Source: Chlorobiota bacterium
GTDB lineage: Bacteria; Bacteroidota; Ignavibacteria; Kapaibacteriales; NICIL-2
Assembly: GCA_026415505.1 (NCBI GenBank)
Contig: JAOAGY010000032.1
Span: 294,159-358,158 of the forward strand
Length of the DNA stretch: 64,000 bases
Direction of reading: 5' to 3'
The translations under genes were made by a program, and so were the position numbers. Positions 41,328 to 52,396 of the stretch are shown here, piece after piece (positions within the stretch are counted from its first letter, which is position 1; each line of letters begins with the position of its first letter). The notes beneath the pieces are model-generated. The model was not told the DNA's origin. It searched no databases and saw nothing but the letters and a program-made list of their open reading frames with translations.

Positions 41328-44300
41328 ATGGCATATATCCTCGCCAACACTGCAGCATCGCGCCTTCTCGGCACCGTCGAACGTTTCATGAGCGCCGATG
41401 GTTTCGATGGAATCGACTTTCTCGAAGAACACTTCTCGACGTTCCCACCGGAACCGCTCTGCTACGTCGTTCCGACCGGTCGTCGCGTGCGGTGGCTCGT
41501 GCGCGAAATTAGTCGGCGCGTCTTCGAACGGACCGAGCGCCCGTTGGTCGGCTTCCAGCCGTTCAACCTTGCCAAACTCGCGGCATCGCTCCACGCGCGG
41601 TTATATCCCGACGACACAGCATTGCCGCTTTCGGACTCGCTACGCATGGCGCTGTTCGAGCGCGCTATCGAACAGCTCGCCGACGACGGACGTTTGCCCT
41701 TTTATGCCCCCAACGGAAAACCATCGTGGAGCATCATCGAACGACTCGCCAGCGTCGTCACTGGTTTGCGCGAAGACGGTATCACGCCGAACGATCTTCG
41801 CCGCGATTTGGAGCAGAGCGACGATCCTCTGGCGCTCGACCGCCATCGCCTTGCCGACGTGCTGGCTATTTACGAACGCTACATCGAGCTGCTCGGCGAT
41901 CGCTACCACGACGAAACAGCTCTGCTGGAGCGTACAGCCGATGCTCTGCTCGCCGGCAGGGAGATTACACATCCGCCGATCATCATCGAAGGCTTTTCGG
42001 AGTTTCGGCTCCCCGAGCTGCGTATGCTCGGCGCATTGGCAGTCGCACGAGTTCCCGTCTGCATCGTGCTCGCCTACTCGCCGGTCAATGGTCCGCTCTT
42101 CGGCAACCTCGACGAAACATTCGAACGGCTTGTGCAACTCGGTTACACGGCACGCTCGTTCGATCCCGCAAGCAACGATGGCACGCCGATCTGGCATCGC
42201 CCGCGGACTGCCTATCTGCGACGGTGGCTTTTCAACACCGAGCAAGAAATCCGCAACGCGGAATTCAACGATCAGCTCACCATACTCGGCTGCACCAATC
42301 GGCTCGAAGAAGTTACGCTCATCGCCAAGTACGTCAAACATTGCATCGTCGAACGCCGTATCGAGCCGCACCGCATCTGCGTCGCCATGCGCGATCCGGA
42401 GCAATATGCCGGATTGTTTCGCGAGTTGTTCGCCGTGCACGGCATACCGGCAAACATCAGCGATCGTTTTCGGCTCGATCGCTCGCCGGTAACGGTTTCG
42501 GTGATGTCAGTCCTCGAACTGATCGTTCGCGGATGGCGACGCGAGGACGTCCATCGGACACTGTCGAATCCGCTCATACGCTGCATGCGCCCGGATGGCT
42601 CGCCGCTCGATGCAGCGACGATCAATGCGGTGGCGGAACGTCAGCGCATCAGCGGTGGACATGCGCAAGGTGGAGCACGTGGCTGGATCGAGCGTCTCCG
42701 CCGCGGTTTGGAGTACGCGCAGAATTATCTCGAACTGCTGCGCTCGCAGCCGTACACCGATCCGCTCGATCTCCGCGAAGCAGAACAGGACGTCGAGCAA
42801 CTCAAACGCGCACTCGGCGACATCGAACACTTGATCAAAGTGCTGCCATCGCACGAACGCCGCATGACGACGTCGGAATTCTGCGCTTTCGTCCGAGATG
42901 GCATCCTCGATCGTTTCGGCATTGCAGCGAGCGTCGAAGAAGCTGCCGTACTGTCGTGGAAACTCGACAAGCGCACGCTCGACGACATCGCGCTCGCCGA
43001 AGTACTCGAACAGCAAACCAGAGCCTATGCTGCATTGCTCGACGTGCTCACCGAAATCGAGTACGCATGGAACGATCGCAGCGCTCGTCCGTTGCAGGAA
43101 CACGTCGAGCTTCTGGCGACGATGCTGCGCGCCGAGCGTTACCAAATCGCCGAAAAGCCATCGTACGGCGTCACCGTCACCTCGATCGAGCAAACACGCG
43201 GCATTCCATACGATGTGTACGTGCTCTGTGGGATGGTGGACGGAGAATTTCCTCGTGCGTATTCGACGGAGCACTTTCTCGGCAAAGAGCTGCCGCAAAG
43301 CGAGGAACGACACATTCGCGCCGAACGCATTCAGTTCTACGAAGCACTGACGAACAACCCTGCAGCGCTCGAACGCGGCTCGTGGCGGATGCTCATCACG
43401 TATCCGCGCTTGACGACCAGCGGAGAGCAACTTGTGCGGTCGTCGTTTGTGGACAAGCTGCTCAAGATCACGACGCTCGCCGAGCGATGTTTTCTCTCGC
43501 ACGAACTTGCCGCACACGCAAGCCAACACGACGGTTTGCCATCGGAATTATCCTGGATGCTCACGATCACCTCGCCCGAAGAGCGCCAGCGCATCGAACC
43601 AGCCGAAAGCGACCGGCAATGGGAACCCATCGCCGATGTCCAGCTCGATCGCGAGGCATTGCAGCGTATCGCTCCGCTGACAGTCCACCCGTACTCGGCA
43701 GCCGAGTTGGAGCAGTATGCACGGTGTCCGTACCAGTACTTTGCGCAGCGCATTCTGCAATTGCGTGAGCCGACGACCTACGATTTAGCGCTCGGCAATC
43801 TCGAAAGCGGAGCACTCTTTCACCGGATACTGTATCGCTTCTATCGAACCTTGCTCGATCGCGAGGGCAAGCCCGATGCAAGCGGTCTGCGTACCGTGAG
43901 TCTCCAGCCAAGCCGTCGCGACGAATACTGGTCGCTGCTGCTCGATTGCGCACGTTCCGAGCTGGAGCGATTGCGCCACAGTCATCCGCTTTTCGCGCTC
44001 GAATGCGAACTGATACTCGGCACCGACGAGCGACGCGGAATGTTAGCCGAGTGGCTCGATCGCGAGCTCGAACGATTCGATCAAGGTTGGGAATACGAAC
44101 CAGCGCTGCTGGAAACTGCATTCGGCATGCCGAGCAAAACGCCCGATGCACTCGAAGAGCCGATCGCTTTGACGCCGACGCTGTCGATTCGCGGAAAGAT
44201 CGACCGTATCGAGATCGCTCGACGCATCCAGCGTCTGCACGTCGTCGTTGCCGATTACAAGCTCACCAGTCCCGGCTCGAACAATACGGCGATTTCCGAA

Positions 44301-44711
44301 GGGACGGCATTCCAGATGCCCTTCTACATGCTCGCGGCACGTTCGATTCTGCAGAAACGATACGGCGTCGATCCTGTGCTCGATGGAGGCGTGTACTACA
44401 TCCTGCGCCCCAAAGACCGCGACGCCATACCTGTCGCGATGCCTGTCTCGGCAAACGGTTTGGCGAACCAGTTCTCGCGACATCGTGCGAAAGTGCTCGA
44501 CAGCCGCGAGCAGTTGGACGAACTACTCCGCACGTCCATCGAGCATGCCGAGCGCATCGTTGCCGCCATTGGTAGCGGGGCATTCCCGGTTGCACCAACG
44601 AGCAATCAAGTCTGCGAGCAGTGCGCCTTCGACAGTGTCTGCCGAATCAGGCAACTCCACGACGAGGGACTGCTCGACACCAGCACCAGCAGCGACGACA
44701 GCGACCAATGA
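41328..44711 (+). CDS. AddB-like PD-(D/E)XK nuclease family protein (degenerate N-terminal helicase-like region; C-terminal RecB-type nuclease with a 4-Cys Fe-S motif)
   Basis: 1127 aa. No intact Walker A. C-terminal nuclease motifs (…HVVVADYKLTSP… DYK; C...CEQCAFDSVC). Overall size and layout match the AddB/RexB subunit of AddAB. Confidence 0.65.
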   Translation: MAYILANTAASRLLGTVERFMSADGFDGIDFLEEHFSTFPPEPLCYVVPTGRRVRWLVREISRRVFERTERPLVGFQPFNLAKLAASLHARLYPDDTALPLSDSLRMALFERAIEQLADDGRLPFYAPNGKPSWSIIERLASVVTGLREDGITPNDLRRDLEQSDDPLALDRHRLADVLAIYERYIELLGDRYHDETALLERTADALLAGREITHPPIIIEGFSEFRLPELRMLGALAVARVPVCIVLAYSPVNGPLFGNLDETFERLVQLGYTARSFDPASNDGTPIWHRPRTAYLRRWLFNTEQEIRNAEFNDQLTILGCTNRLEEVTLIAKYVKHCIVERRIEPHRICVAMRDPEQYAGLFRELFAVHGIPANISDRFRLDRSPVTVSVMSVLELIVRGWRREDVHRTLSNPLIRCMRPDGSPLDAATINAVAERQRISGGHAQGGARGWIERLRRGLEYAQNYLELLRSQPYTDPLDLREAEQDVEQLKRALGDIEHLIKVLPSHERRMTTSEFCAFVRDGILDRFGIAASVEEAAVLSWKLDKRTLDDIALAEVLEQQTRAYAALLDVLTEIEYAWNDRSARPLQEHVELLATMLRAERYQIAEKPSYGVTVTSIEQTRGIPYDVYVLCGMVDGEFPRAYSTEHFLGKELPQSEERHIRAERIQFYEALTNNPAALERGSWRMLITYPRLTTSGEQLVRSSFVDKLLKITTLAERCFLSHELAAHASQHDGLPSELSWMLTITSPEERQRIEPAESDRQWEPIADVQLDREALQRIAPLTVHPYSAAELEQYARCPYQYFAQRILQLREPTTYDLALGNLESGALFHRILYRFYRTLLDREGKPDASGLRTVSLQPSRRDEYWSLLLDCARSELERLRHSHPLFALECELILGTDERRGMLAEWLDRELERFDQGWEYEPALLETAFGMPSKTPDALEEPIALTPTLSIRGKIDRIEIARRIQRLHVVVADYKLTSPGSNNTAISEGTAFQMPFYMLAARSILQKRYGVDPVLDGGVYYILRPKDRDAIPVAMPVSANGLANQFSRHRAKVLDSREQLDELLRTSIEHAERIVAAIGSGAFPVAPTSNQVCEQCAFDSVCRIRQLHDEGLLDTSTSSDDSDQ

Positions 44712-44781
44712 GCGGCGTTTCTGCGGTAGGCACCGGCACGCTCTATTTTTGCGGCACGCGTTACATCCGGTTCACTGTGGC

Positions 44782-45291
44782 ATGTCACTACAGGTTGCGC
44801 TGTTTTTCCTGTTCGGTATCGGTGCGATCGCAACGGCGATAGGAACGATCACGCGACGCAATCCGGTCGCTGCTGCGGTCAATTTGATCGCGCACTTTTT
44901 CATGCTCGCCGGTCTCTACCTCACGCTCGAAGCACAACTGCTTGCGGTGCTTCAAATTCTCGTCTATGCCGGCGCAATCATGGTGCTGGTCGTGTTCGTG
45001 ATCATGCTTCTCAACTTGGGCGACGACCGAGCGCTCCGCGAGCAGTTCACGGTGCGAAAAGTCGTCGGTGTCGTGCTGGCTGCAATGTTCATGCTCCAAG
45101 TCGGCGTGTTGATCAATGCGCAGCCGACAGGTGCGACGTCGCTCGCGCCGACGGCAGCATCGCTCGGCACCGCCGAGAGCATCGGACAGGCACTGTTCAC
45201 GCAGTACCTTTTCCCCTTCGAGGCGATTTCATTGCTGCTCCTGGCTGCGCTGGTGGGAGCAATCATCTTGGCAAAACGCAAAGTCGAATAA
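44782..45291 (+). CDS. nuoJ: NADH-quinone oxidoreductase subunit J
   Basis: 169 aa. Five-TM pattern with [22 protein letters not shown], typical of NuoJ/ND6. Confidence 0.8.
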   Translation: MSLQVALFFLFGIGAIATAIGTITRRNPVAAAVNLIAHFFMLAGLYLTLEAQLLAVLQILVYAGAIMVLVVFVIMLLNLGDDRALREQFTVRKVVGVVLAAMFMLQVGVLINAQPTGATSLAPTAASLGTAESIGQALFTQYLFPFEAISLLLLAALVGAIILAKRKVE

Positions 45292-45304
45292 CCTGGCAAT
45301 TCCG

Positions 45305-45619
45305 ATGAATCTGCAGAGCATTCCACTCGATTGGTACTTGATCGTCGCAGCGGTTCTGTTCACAATCGGCGTCGTCGGTGTCGTCACACGGCGCAATGCT
45401 ATCGTCGTCTTCATGGCGATCGAGATGATGCTCAATTCGGTGAACTTGGTGTTCGTCAGCTTTGCGCAGTTCCTCGGCGACATTGCCGGACAAATCTTCG
45501 TGCTCTTTGTGATGGCAGTCGCTGCAGGGGAAGCTGCTATCGGGCTTGCAATCGTGCTGGCGCTGTTTCGCAACAAGCGCACCGTGTACGTCGACGAGGT
45601 AAACGTCCTCAAATGGTGA
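45305..45619 (+). CDS. nuoK: NADH-quinone oxidoreductase subunit K
   Basis: 104 aa. [48 protein letters not shown] is typical of NuoK/ND4L. Confidence 0.85.
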   Translation: MNLQSIPLDWYLIVAAVLFTIGVVGVVTRRNAIVVFMAIEMMLNSVNLVFVSFAQFLGDIAGQIFVLFVMAVAAGEAAIGLAIVLALFRNKRTVYVDEVNVLKW

Positions 45620-45661
45620 CACGAGACACCGCAATCACGGCGGTGTATCGAGCAGAGGTAA

Positions 45662-46050
45662 GATGCCGAAACAAGTTCGGCATGACTACAGAGAGAACCG
45701 TCACCCTGAACTCGTTTCAGGGTCCCGCCGCATTCCTTGTCACCCTGAACTCGTTTCAGGGTCTCGTCCCCATGTGCAGGAGATGCCGAAACAAGTTCGG
45801 CATGACTACAGAGAGAATCGTCACCCTGAACTCGTTTCAGGGTCCCGTCTCCACGTGCAGGAGATGCCGAAACAAGTTCGGCATGACTACAGAGAGAACC
45901 GTCACCCTGAACTCGTTTCAGGGTCTCGTCCCCACGTGCAAGAGATGCCGAAACAAGTTCGGCATGACGTAAGCGGAATGTCACCCTGAACTTGTTTCAG
46001 GGTCTTTCCCCCGACGTGCAAGAGATGCCCAACCAAGTTCGGCATGACGA
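45662..46050. repeat. Tandem array (about 4.5 copies) of an 80-81 bp composite unit containing two distinct perfect 8-bp-stem hairpins
   Basis: Hairpin A is ATGCCGAAacaagTTCGGCAT, starting near 45662, 45782, 45863, 45944 and 46024 (the last copy degenerate). Hairpin B is ACCCTGAActcgtTTCAGGGT, starting near 45700, 45739, 45820, 45901 and 45980. Intervening segments are conserved (tacagagagaaccgt; tcgtccccacgtgcagg), so these are not unique spacers. Confidence 0.85.
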
Positions 46051-46209
46051 GCACAGCCACTAAATCCATTCGATTCAGCGCTGATTTCATAACTTGCATC
46101 CCGCACTGACACGCAGCATTTCCGCTACTGCCTGCATTCAGTGACACCGATCGGCTGCCCCGCCGCAGATGCAGGCGGTGGAATCGTATCCATTCGGAGT
46201 ACCTTCGCT

Positions 46210-47836
<1,627 letters not shown>

Positions 47837-47862
<26 letters not shown>

Positions 47863-48316
47863 TTTGCTGCTGGCTGTCGTCAGTGCCGGTGCGCAACAAC
47901 GGGATAGCATCGTGCATTTCTTTGCGCTTCCGCTGGACACCAGCATCGCAATGCCTGCGCCGGCAATCGAGCGCCTGGATTCTTCGGGCATCGCCATCAT
48001 CGACATCGCATACGGTAAAGGCGAGCTGTCCGATCCGCGTCGCATGCACTACGTTCGATTTCTGATCAGCAAAGCTTCGACGCTGGAGTACGCATACACC
48101 GAGTTCGCCGGCAATCGTGTGTTCGCCTTCGTTCCCGACTCGACGAACGTTTTTCCAGGCTTCCGCTACGCACTGCGCGGCATGCGTGTCGGCGGGCGAC
48201 GACGTGCGATCGTTCCCCCCGAACTCGCATACGGGAGCAAAGGACGCGCAGCATATGGCATCGGTCCGAACGAAACGCTGCTGTTGGATTTGGAACTCCT
48301 CAAGCTCGACCCATGA
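47837..48316 (+). CDS. FKBP-type peptidyl-prolyl cis-trans isomerase, secreted/periplasmic
   Basis: Signal peptide MRWIVLASSLLLAVVSAGAQ. FKBP-like C-terminus (…GMRVGGRRRAIVPPELAYGSKG…NETLLLDLELLKL). Overlaps the pyrG 3' end by about 26 nt. An alternative start exists at 47828. Confidence 0.65.
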
Positions 48317-49590
48317 TCACCAACATCGCCCTCTACGAGCATCCGTCGCATATCGAGTCGCTCTACCCCTTTTCGGTTTTGCATTTGCCGTGGGAACTGC
48401 GCTACGGTGCGATGACCATCGTCGAAGCGTGGCAAAAATTCAGCGGTGCATCGCTGCTGGCGTGCTACGGACGCCCGTCTCATATCGCATCGTTCTACGC
48501 GCGTTTTCCTCAGCACCGCATGCAGCAATTCGGCGTCGGTCGTGTTTTGGCTGTATCGAGCAAGCTGCTACCGACCAAGCACACGATCGCGCAAATTGCC
48601 GGCGCAGACTCGACCCGTCCGCTCGTCTTCAGCGCCGGCGGTGACATCGTCGCGGTCTGCATGGCGATCGAGAACTGGATCGAAGGCGCACCAAGCGCGT
48701 GGCAGGACCTCGAACGCCTCGCTCGCGACGAACAGTGGCAGATCGTCGAGCTCGACAGCCCACGACTTTTGCAGTACAGTTGGGAGCTTCTCGATGCATC
48801 GGCTGAAGCTATCGCCGAGCAATTCCAACTCGTCGCTGATTCGACGATTCACCACGCCGATTTTCTCAATGCGCATGTCGTCGCGCTCGCTGCCGATGCG
48901 ATCGCCGTGGGTGAAGAATCCTCGATCGCGCCGCTCGTAGTGCTCGATGCATCGCGCGGTCCGATCATCATCGGCAGCAACGTCACGATCATGCCGCATG
49001 CCACCATCATCGGACCGTGTGCCATCGGTGACCATTCGACCGTCAAGGTCGGTGCGAAAATTTATCCGGGAACGGTGATCGGTCGCTGGTGCAAAGTCGG
49101 TGGCGAGGTCGAGTCCTCGATTTTCCACGACTTCTCGAACAAACAGCACGATGGCTTCGTCGGTCACAGCATCATCGGCGAATGGGTCAATCTCGGCGCC
49201 GACACGAACACCAGCAATCTGAAAAACACCTATCGCCCGATTTCGGTGGAGATGCCGTCTGGACGAATTCCGACGGGACGAACGTTTTTGGGTCTTCTGT
49301 GCGGCGATCACACGAAAGCAGGCATCGACACGATGTTTTCGACGGGGACAGTCGTCGGGATTTGCTCGAACATATTCGGCGCGGGATACACACCGACCTT
49401 CATCCCATCGTTTACGTGGGGCGCTATCGAATCGAGCAAACTTTATGCAATCGAAACAGCGCTCGACACTGCGCGACGTGCAATGGCGCGACGACAGCGG
49501 AAACTACTCCCTGAAGAAGAGGCGCTCATCAGAGCAGAATTCGAGCGTGTTGCGGCACGCAACACCGCAGCACTTGACGTCCGGAACTGA
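48313..49590 (+). CDS. Putative sugar nucleotidyltransferase-like protein with a C-terminal left-handed beta-helix (hexapeptide repeat) domain
   Basis: 425 aa. The C-terminal half has hexapeptide-like repeats (…IIGSNVTIMPHATIIGPCAIGDHSTVKVGAKIYPGTVIGRWCKVGGEV…). The N-terminal part shows only weak similarity. Confidence 0.5.
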   Translation: MITNIALYEHPSHIESLYPFSVLHLPWELRYGAMTIVEAWQKFSGASLLACYGRPSHIASFYARFPQHRMQQFGVGRVLAVSSKLLPTKHTIAQIAGADSTRPLVFSAGGDIVAVCMAIENWIEGAPSAWQDLERLARDEQWQIVELDSPRLLQYSWELLDASAEAIAEQFQLVADSTIHHADFLNAHVVALAADAIAVGEESSIAPLVVLDASRGPIIIGSNVTIMPHATIIGPCAIGDHSTVKVGAKIYPGTVIGRWCKVGGEVESSIFHDFSNKQHDGFVGHSIIGEWVNLGADTNTSNLKNTYRPISVEMPSGRIPTGRTFLGLLCGDHTKAGIDTMFSTGTVVGICSNIFGAGYTPTFIPSFTWGAIESSKLYAIETALDTARRAMARRQRKLLPEEEALIRAEFERVAARNTAALDVRN

Positions 49591-49601
49591 TCACGCGAGC
49601 G

Positions 49602-51536
49602 CTACTTTCGCTGCAGAAGCAGATCGATGCGATCGCTTGCTTCTTCGACGAACGTTTCTGCGCCCGGAAAACCGACCTCTTTGAACTGCACGACTCCGTT
49701 GCGATCGATGTAGAATTTCGTCGGAATACCCGTCACACCGAAGCCTGAGACGACTTCGTCCCTTGTGTCGAGCACGACCGGGAACGTGTAGTCGGGATTG
49801 TTGGCGAGAAACTTTTTGACATGTGCGGTTCGGTCATCGACACGTTCCCAACAGTTGACCAGCAGAATTTCGACGTCGGGGTTGTTGCGGTACTTTTCGT
49901 AGAGTTTCTGCATGTAGGGCATCGAGACGCGGCACGGTCCGCACCATGTCGCCCAAAAGTCGAGAACAACGACCTTCCCTTTCAGTTCGCGAAGGCTCCG
50001 TTTCTTTCCGTCGAGCGTCACCAGCTCGGCATCGCCGAAGAGGAATGTGCTGCCATCGTTGCGTCGCATTTGCATGTCGAGCAGTGCTTGATTGAGCATT
50101 TCTTGGCGGAGCCGGCGCAACTTCGCTGCGCGAGCCTGCTGGCGGAGTTTGCGGTATTCGGCATTGACCAGTGCCGTATCGCTCGACGACTGCAGAAAGC
50201 GCATCACCGTTTGACCGATCGCTCGTCCGGTGGCGATTGCACGTCGTGCGACATCGAGCGACTCTTCGCGCCGCCCAGCGCTCATGAGTGCTTCACTTTG
50301 ATGTTCGAGCATGTCGCCACTGGCGAAGGGTCCCAGTACTCGTTCGCATGTTTTGAATGCTTCGATCGCTTCGTCGGTCTTGCCCATGCGATAGAGCACG
50401 TATCCCCAGGTGTCGTGGCAAATACCTCGCAGTTCGCGTTGCTGCCAGCGATACTCGCACGCGGCTTGCCAGCGCGGTTTGCGGTCGAGCTGTTCGAACT
50501 CGAGCGCGCGAACAGCCCACTCGATGTATTGCTGCGCGAGCTTGAGCAGCGAATCCTGGCGAACCATCGTCACAGCGAGCATGTTGAGCAGCTCCGGCGG
50601 CGGCGACGTCGTCACACCGGGCGGTACAGGATACGAATTGACCGTTTGAATGGCAGCATCGCCGTTGCCCTGCTGAAGGTAGAACCCGACCAGATCGGTG
50701 TACATTTTCACTGCCATCGGCGAGGACGGAAAGCGCTCGGCAAAACGACGTATGCGGTCGCGAAATTCTTCTGGCGTGCGTGCTGCAGCGCAATAGTTCC
50801 GCTCGACTTCTTCGGCTAAATCGCTTGTCGGGAAGCGTTCGGCAAAGCTGCGTTCGAGCTGATCGGCTTCGGCATCGCGTCCGAGGAGTCGCAGTGCACG
50901 ACTCCTGCTCCGAACGTGCATTTCATTGGTCGAGTCCCAGGCAAGTTCGAGCAAGCGTTCGAGCGTTCGTTCCAGCTCGCTGCGCTCGATTTCCTTCCGA
51001 TCGAAACGAACGCCGACATAGGCGAATTTCGTCGGAAGGTGCTCGGGATCGTTCTCGATCGAATTCTTCAGCAAATCGTATGCACGATCGAGGTCCGGGC
51101 GACGCGAAACAGTCGCCGACGCGCCACTTCCCAAATACGAAAGTGCAGAACGGAAATAGGCGCCCGCTACCGGACGCGAACCGTCCCACACGAGTGCATC
51201 CCAAAATTGTCCGCCATTGTCGTCGTACTCCCGCCCGCTGACGATGCGAAACAGCAGAAAGACCGCATCGGCAGGGACTGCGCCGAGCGTCCCGCGGTAC
51301 GTAGTGCCTTTCCGCTGGAGTCGAACATCGAGCGCTGTCGGATAGAATCGCCGATCGTCGAACGCATACACGACGACCCACACCGAATCCGGCTCGCTGA
51401 AGTACTCAGGATCGGTTTTGTAGGTGAAGGCTATCGGCGCGTTCCGCTGCGGTTTGGCAGGCTCCCATTCCAATTCGCCTGCAACGACGGACGCAGCGCA
51501 TACCGCCATTGTAGCAATCGTCAGCAATCGGATCAT
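49602..51536 (-). CDS. TlpA-like thiol-disulfide oxidoreductase (C-terminal thioredoxin fold, WCGPC) fused to a large N-terminal helical/TPR-like domain; secreted
   Basis: 644 aa. Signal peptide MIRLLTIATMAVCAASVVAG. C-terminal VVVLDFWATWCGPCR. ATGA-type overlap with the rnc stop. Confidence 0.7.
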   Translation of the reverse strand: MIRLLTIATMAVCAASVVAGELEWEPAKPQRNAPIAFTYKTDPEYFSEPDSVWVVVYAFDDRRFYPTALDVRLQRKGTTYRGTLGAVPADAVFLLFRIVSGREYDDNGGQFWDALVWDGSRPVAGAYFRSALSYLGSGASATVSRRPDLDRAYDLLKNSIENDPEHLPTKFAYVGVRFDRKEIERSELERTLERLLELAWDSTNEMHVRSRSRALRLLGRDAEADQLERSFAERFPTSDLAEEVERNYCAAARTPEEFRDRIRRFAERFPSSPMAVKMYTDLVGFYLQQGNGDAAIQTVNSYPVPPGVTTSPPPELLNMLAVTMVRQDSLLKLAQQYIEWAVRALEFEQLDRKPRWQAACEYRWQQRELRGICHDTWGYVLYRMGKTDEAIEAFKTCERVLGPFASGDMLEHQSEALMSAGRREESLDVARRAIATGRAIGQTVMRFLQSSSDTALVNAEYRKLRQQARAAKLRRLRQEMLNQALLDMQMRRNDGSTFLFGDAELVTLDGKKRSLRELKGKVVVLDFWATWCGPCRVSMPYMQKLYEKYRNNPDVEILLVNCWERVDDRTAHVKKFLANNPDYTFPVVLDTRDEVVSGFGVTGIPTKFYIDRNGVVQFKEVGFPGAETFVEEASDRIDLLLQRK

Positions 51537-52393
51537 CGCAGAAATTCCTCTGGATCGGTGGTCGGAGTAGAGCGACTCTGGAGATATTCCAGCGCCTGGC
51601 GTGCGGCATTTTGCTCGGCTTCTTTTTTGCTTCGACCGGTGCCGATGCCGACGCTCGTGCTACCGACGTACACGGCAACGGTGAATTGCTTCTCATGATC
51701 GGGTCCGCGCTCCTCGACGACTTGGTAGCGCGGTGCACCATGACCGCGCGCTTGGACATGTTCGAGCAACAAACTTTTGAAATTCGTGTCGTGCATGACG
51801 CGCTCTTCGAGCATGAGCGGCAGCAAGCGCTCTTCGATGAATCGTCGTGCTTGCTCGAAACCGTGATCGAGATACACCGCTGCGATCAACGCCTCGATAG
51901 CATCGGCGAGTACCGAGTCGTTTCCTTTCGCCAGAGCGGTGGCAGCGCTGTAACTCATGAGCATGAAGCGTTCGAGTTGCAACTTCCGTGCGCAGATCGC
52001 CAGCGATTTCTTGTTGACCAGCCACGAGCGCATTTTGGTCAACTCTCCTTCGGCGACGTCTTCGTTGTGGTGGAACAGGTATTCGGCGATGACCATCCCC
52101 AGTATGGCATCGCCCAAGAATTCGAGCCGCTCGTTCGACTGCACCGCAGGATCGTTTTTCACTTGCAGGTACGAGCGATGCGTGAGGGCTTCTTCGTAGA
52201 GATACGCCTGCCGAATATCGACACCGAGCACGCTTTCCAGCTCGACACGACGCTGCCCGACGATATGTTCGACCGGGCGCCGCGACTTGCGGCGGAGCGT
52301 TTCCATTCGCCGAACCGCGAATCGAACGAGCCCGTTGTAGAGATTACGGACGATGTCCGATACTGGCGTTTCCGATGGACGAAACGAACGCAT
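51533..52393 (-). CDS. rnc: Ribonuclease III
   Basis: RNase III signature ERLEFLGDA. C-terminal dsRBD (…GPDHEKQFTVAVYVG…GTGRSKKEAEQNAARQALE). The true start may be the internal Met30. Confidence 0.85.
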   Translation of the reverse strand: MRSFRPSETPVSDIVRNLYNGLVRFAVRRMETLRRKSRRPVEHIVGQRRVELESVLGVDIRQAYLYEEALTHRSYLQVKNDPAVQSNERLEFLGDAILGMVIAEYLFHHNEDVAEGELTKMRSWLVNKKSLAICARKLQLERFMLMSYSAATALAKGNDSVLADAIEALIAAVYLDHGFEQARRFIEERLLPLMLEERVMHDTNFKSLLLEHVQARGHGAPRYQVVEERGPDHEKQFTVAVYVGSTSVGIGTGRSKKEAEQNAARQALEYLQSRSTPTTDPEEFLR

Positions 52394-52396
52394 AGG

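Noticed and set aside
45229-45989. Several ORFs of up to 251 aa spanning the repeat array on both strands (repeating peptides such as HAELVSASPARGDETLKRVQGD and QEMPKQVRHDYRENRHPELVSGSR)
   Set aside because: They are periodic translations of the tandem DNA repeat and overlap each other in multiple frames. There is no start context and no coding signature.
45662-46050. Possible CRISPR array, considering the regularly spaced 25-bp palindromic repeats
   Set aside because: The sequences between repeats are themselves conserved from unit to unit (tacagagagaaccgt; tcgtccccacgtgcagg). Two different palindromes alternate. There are no unique spacers and no cas genes nearby. It is therefore a composite tandem repeat, not CRISPR.
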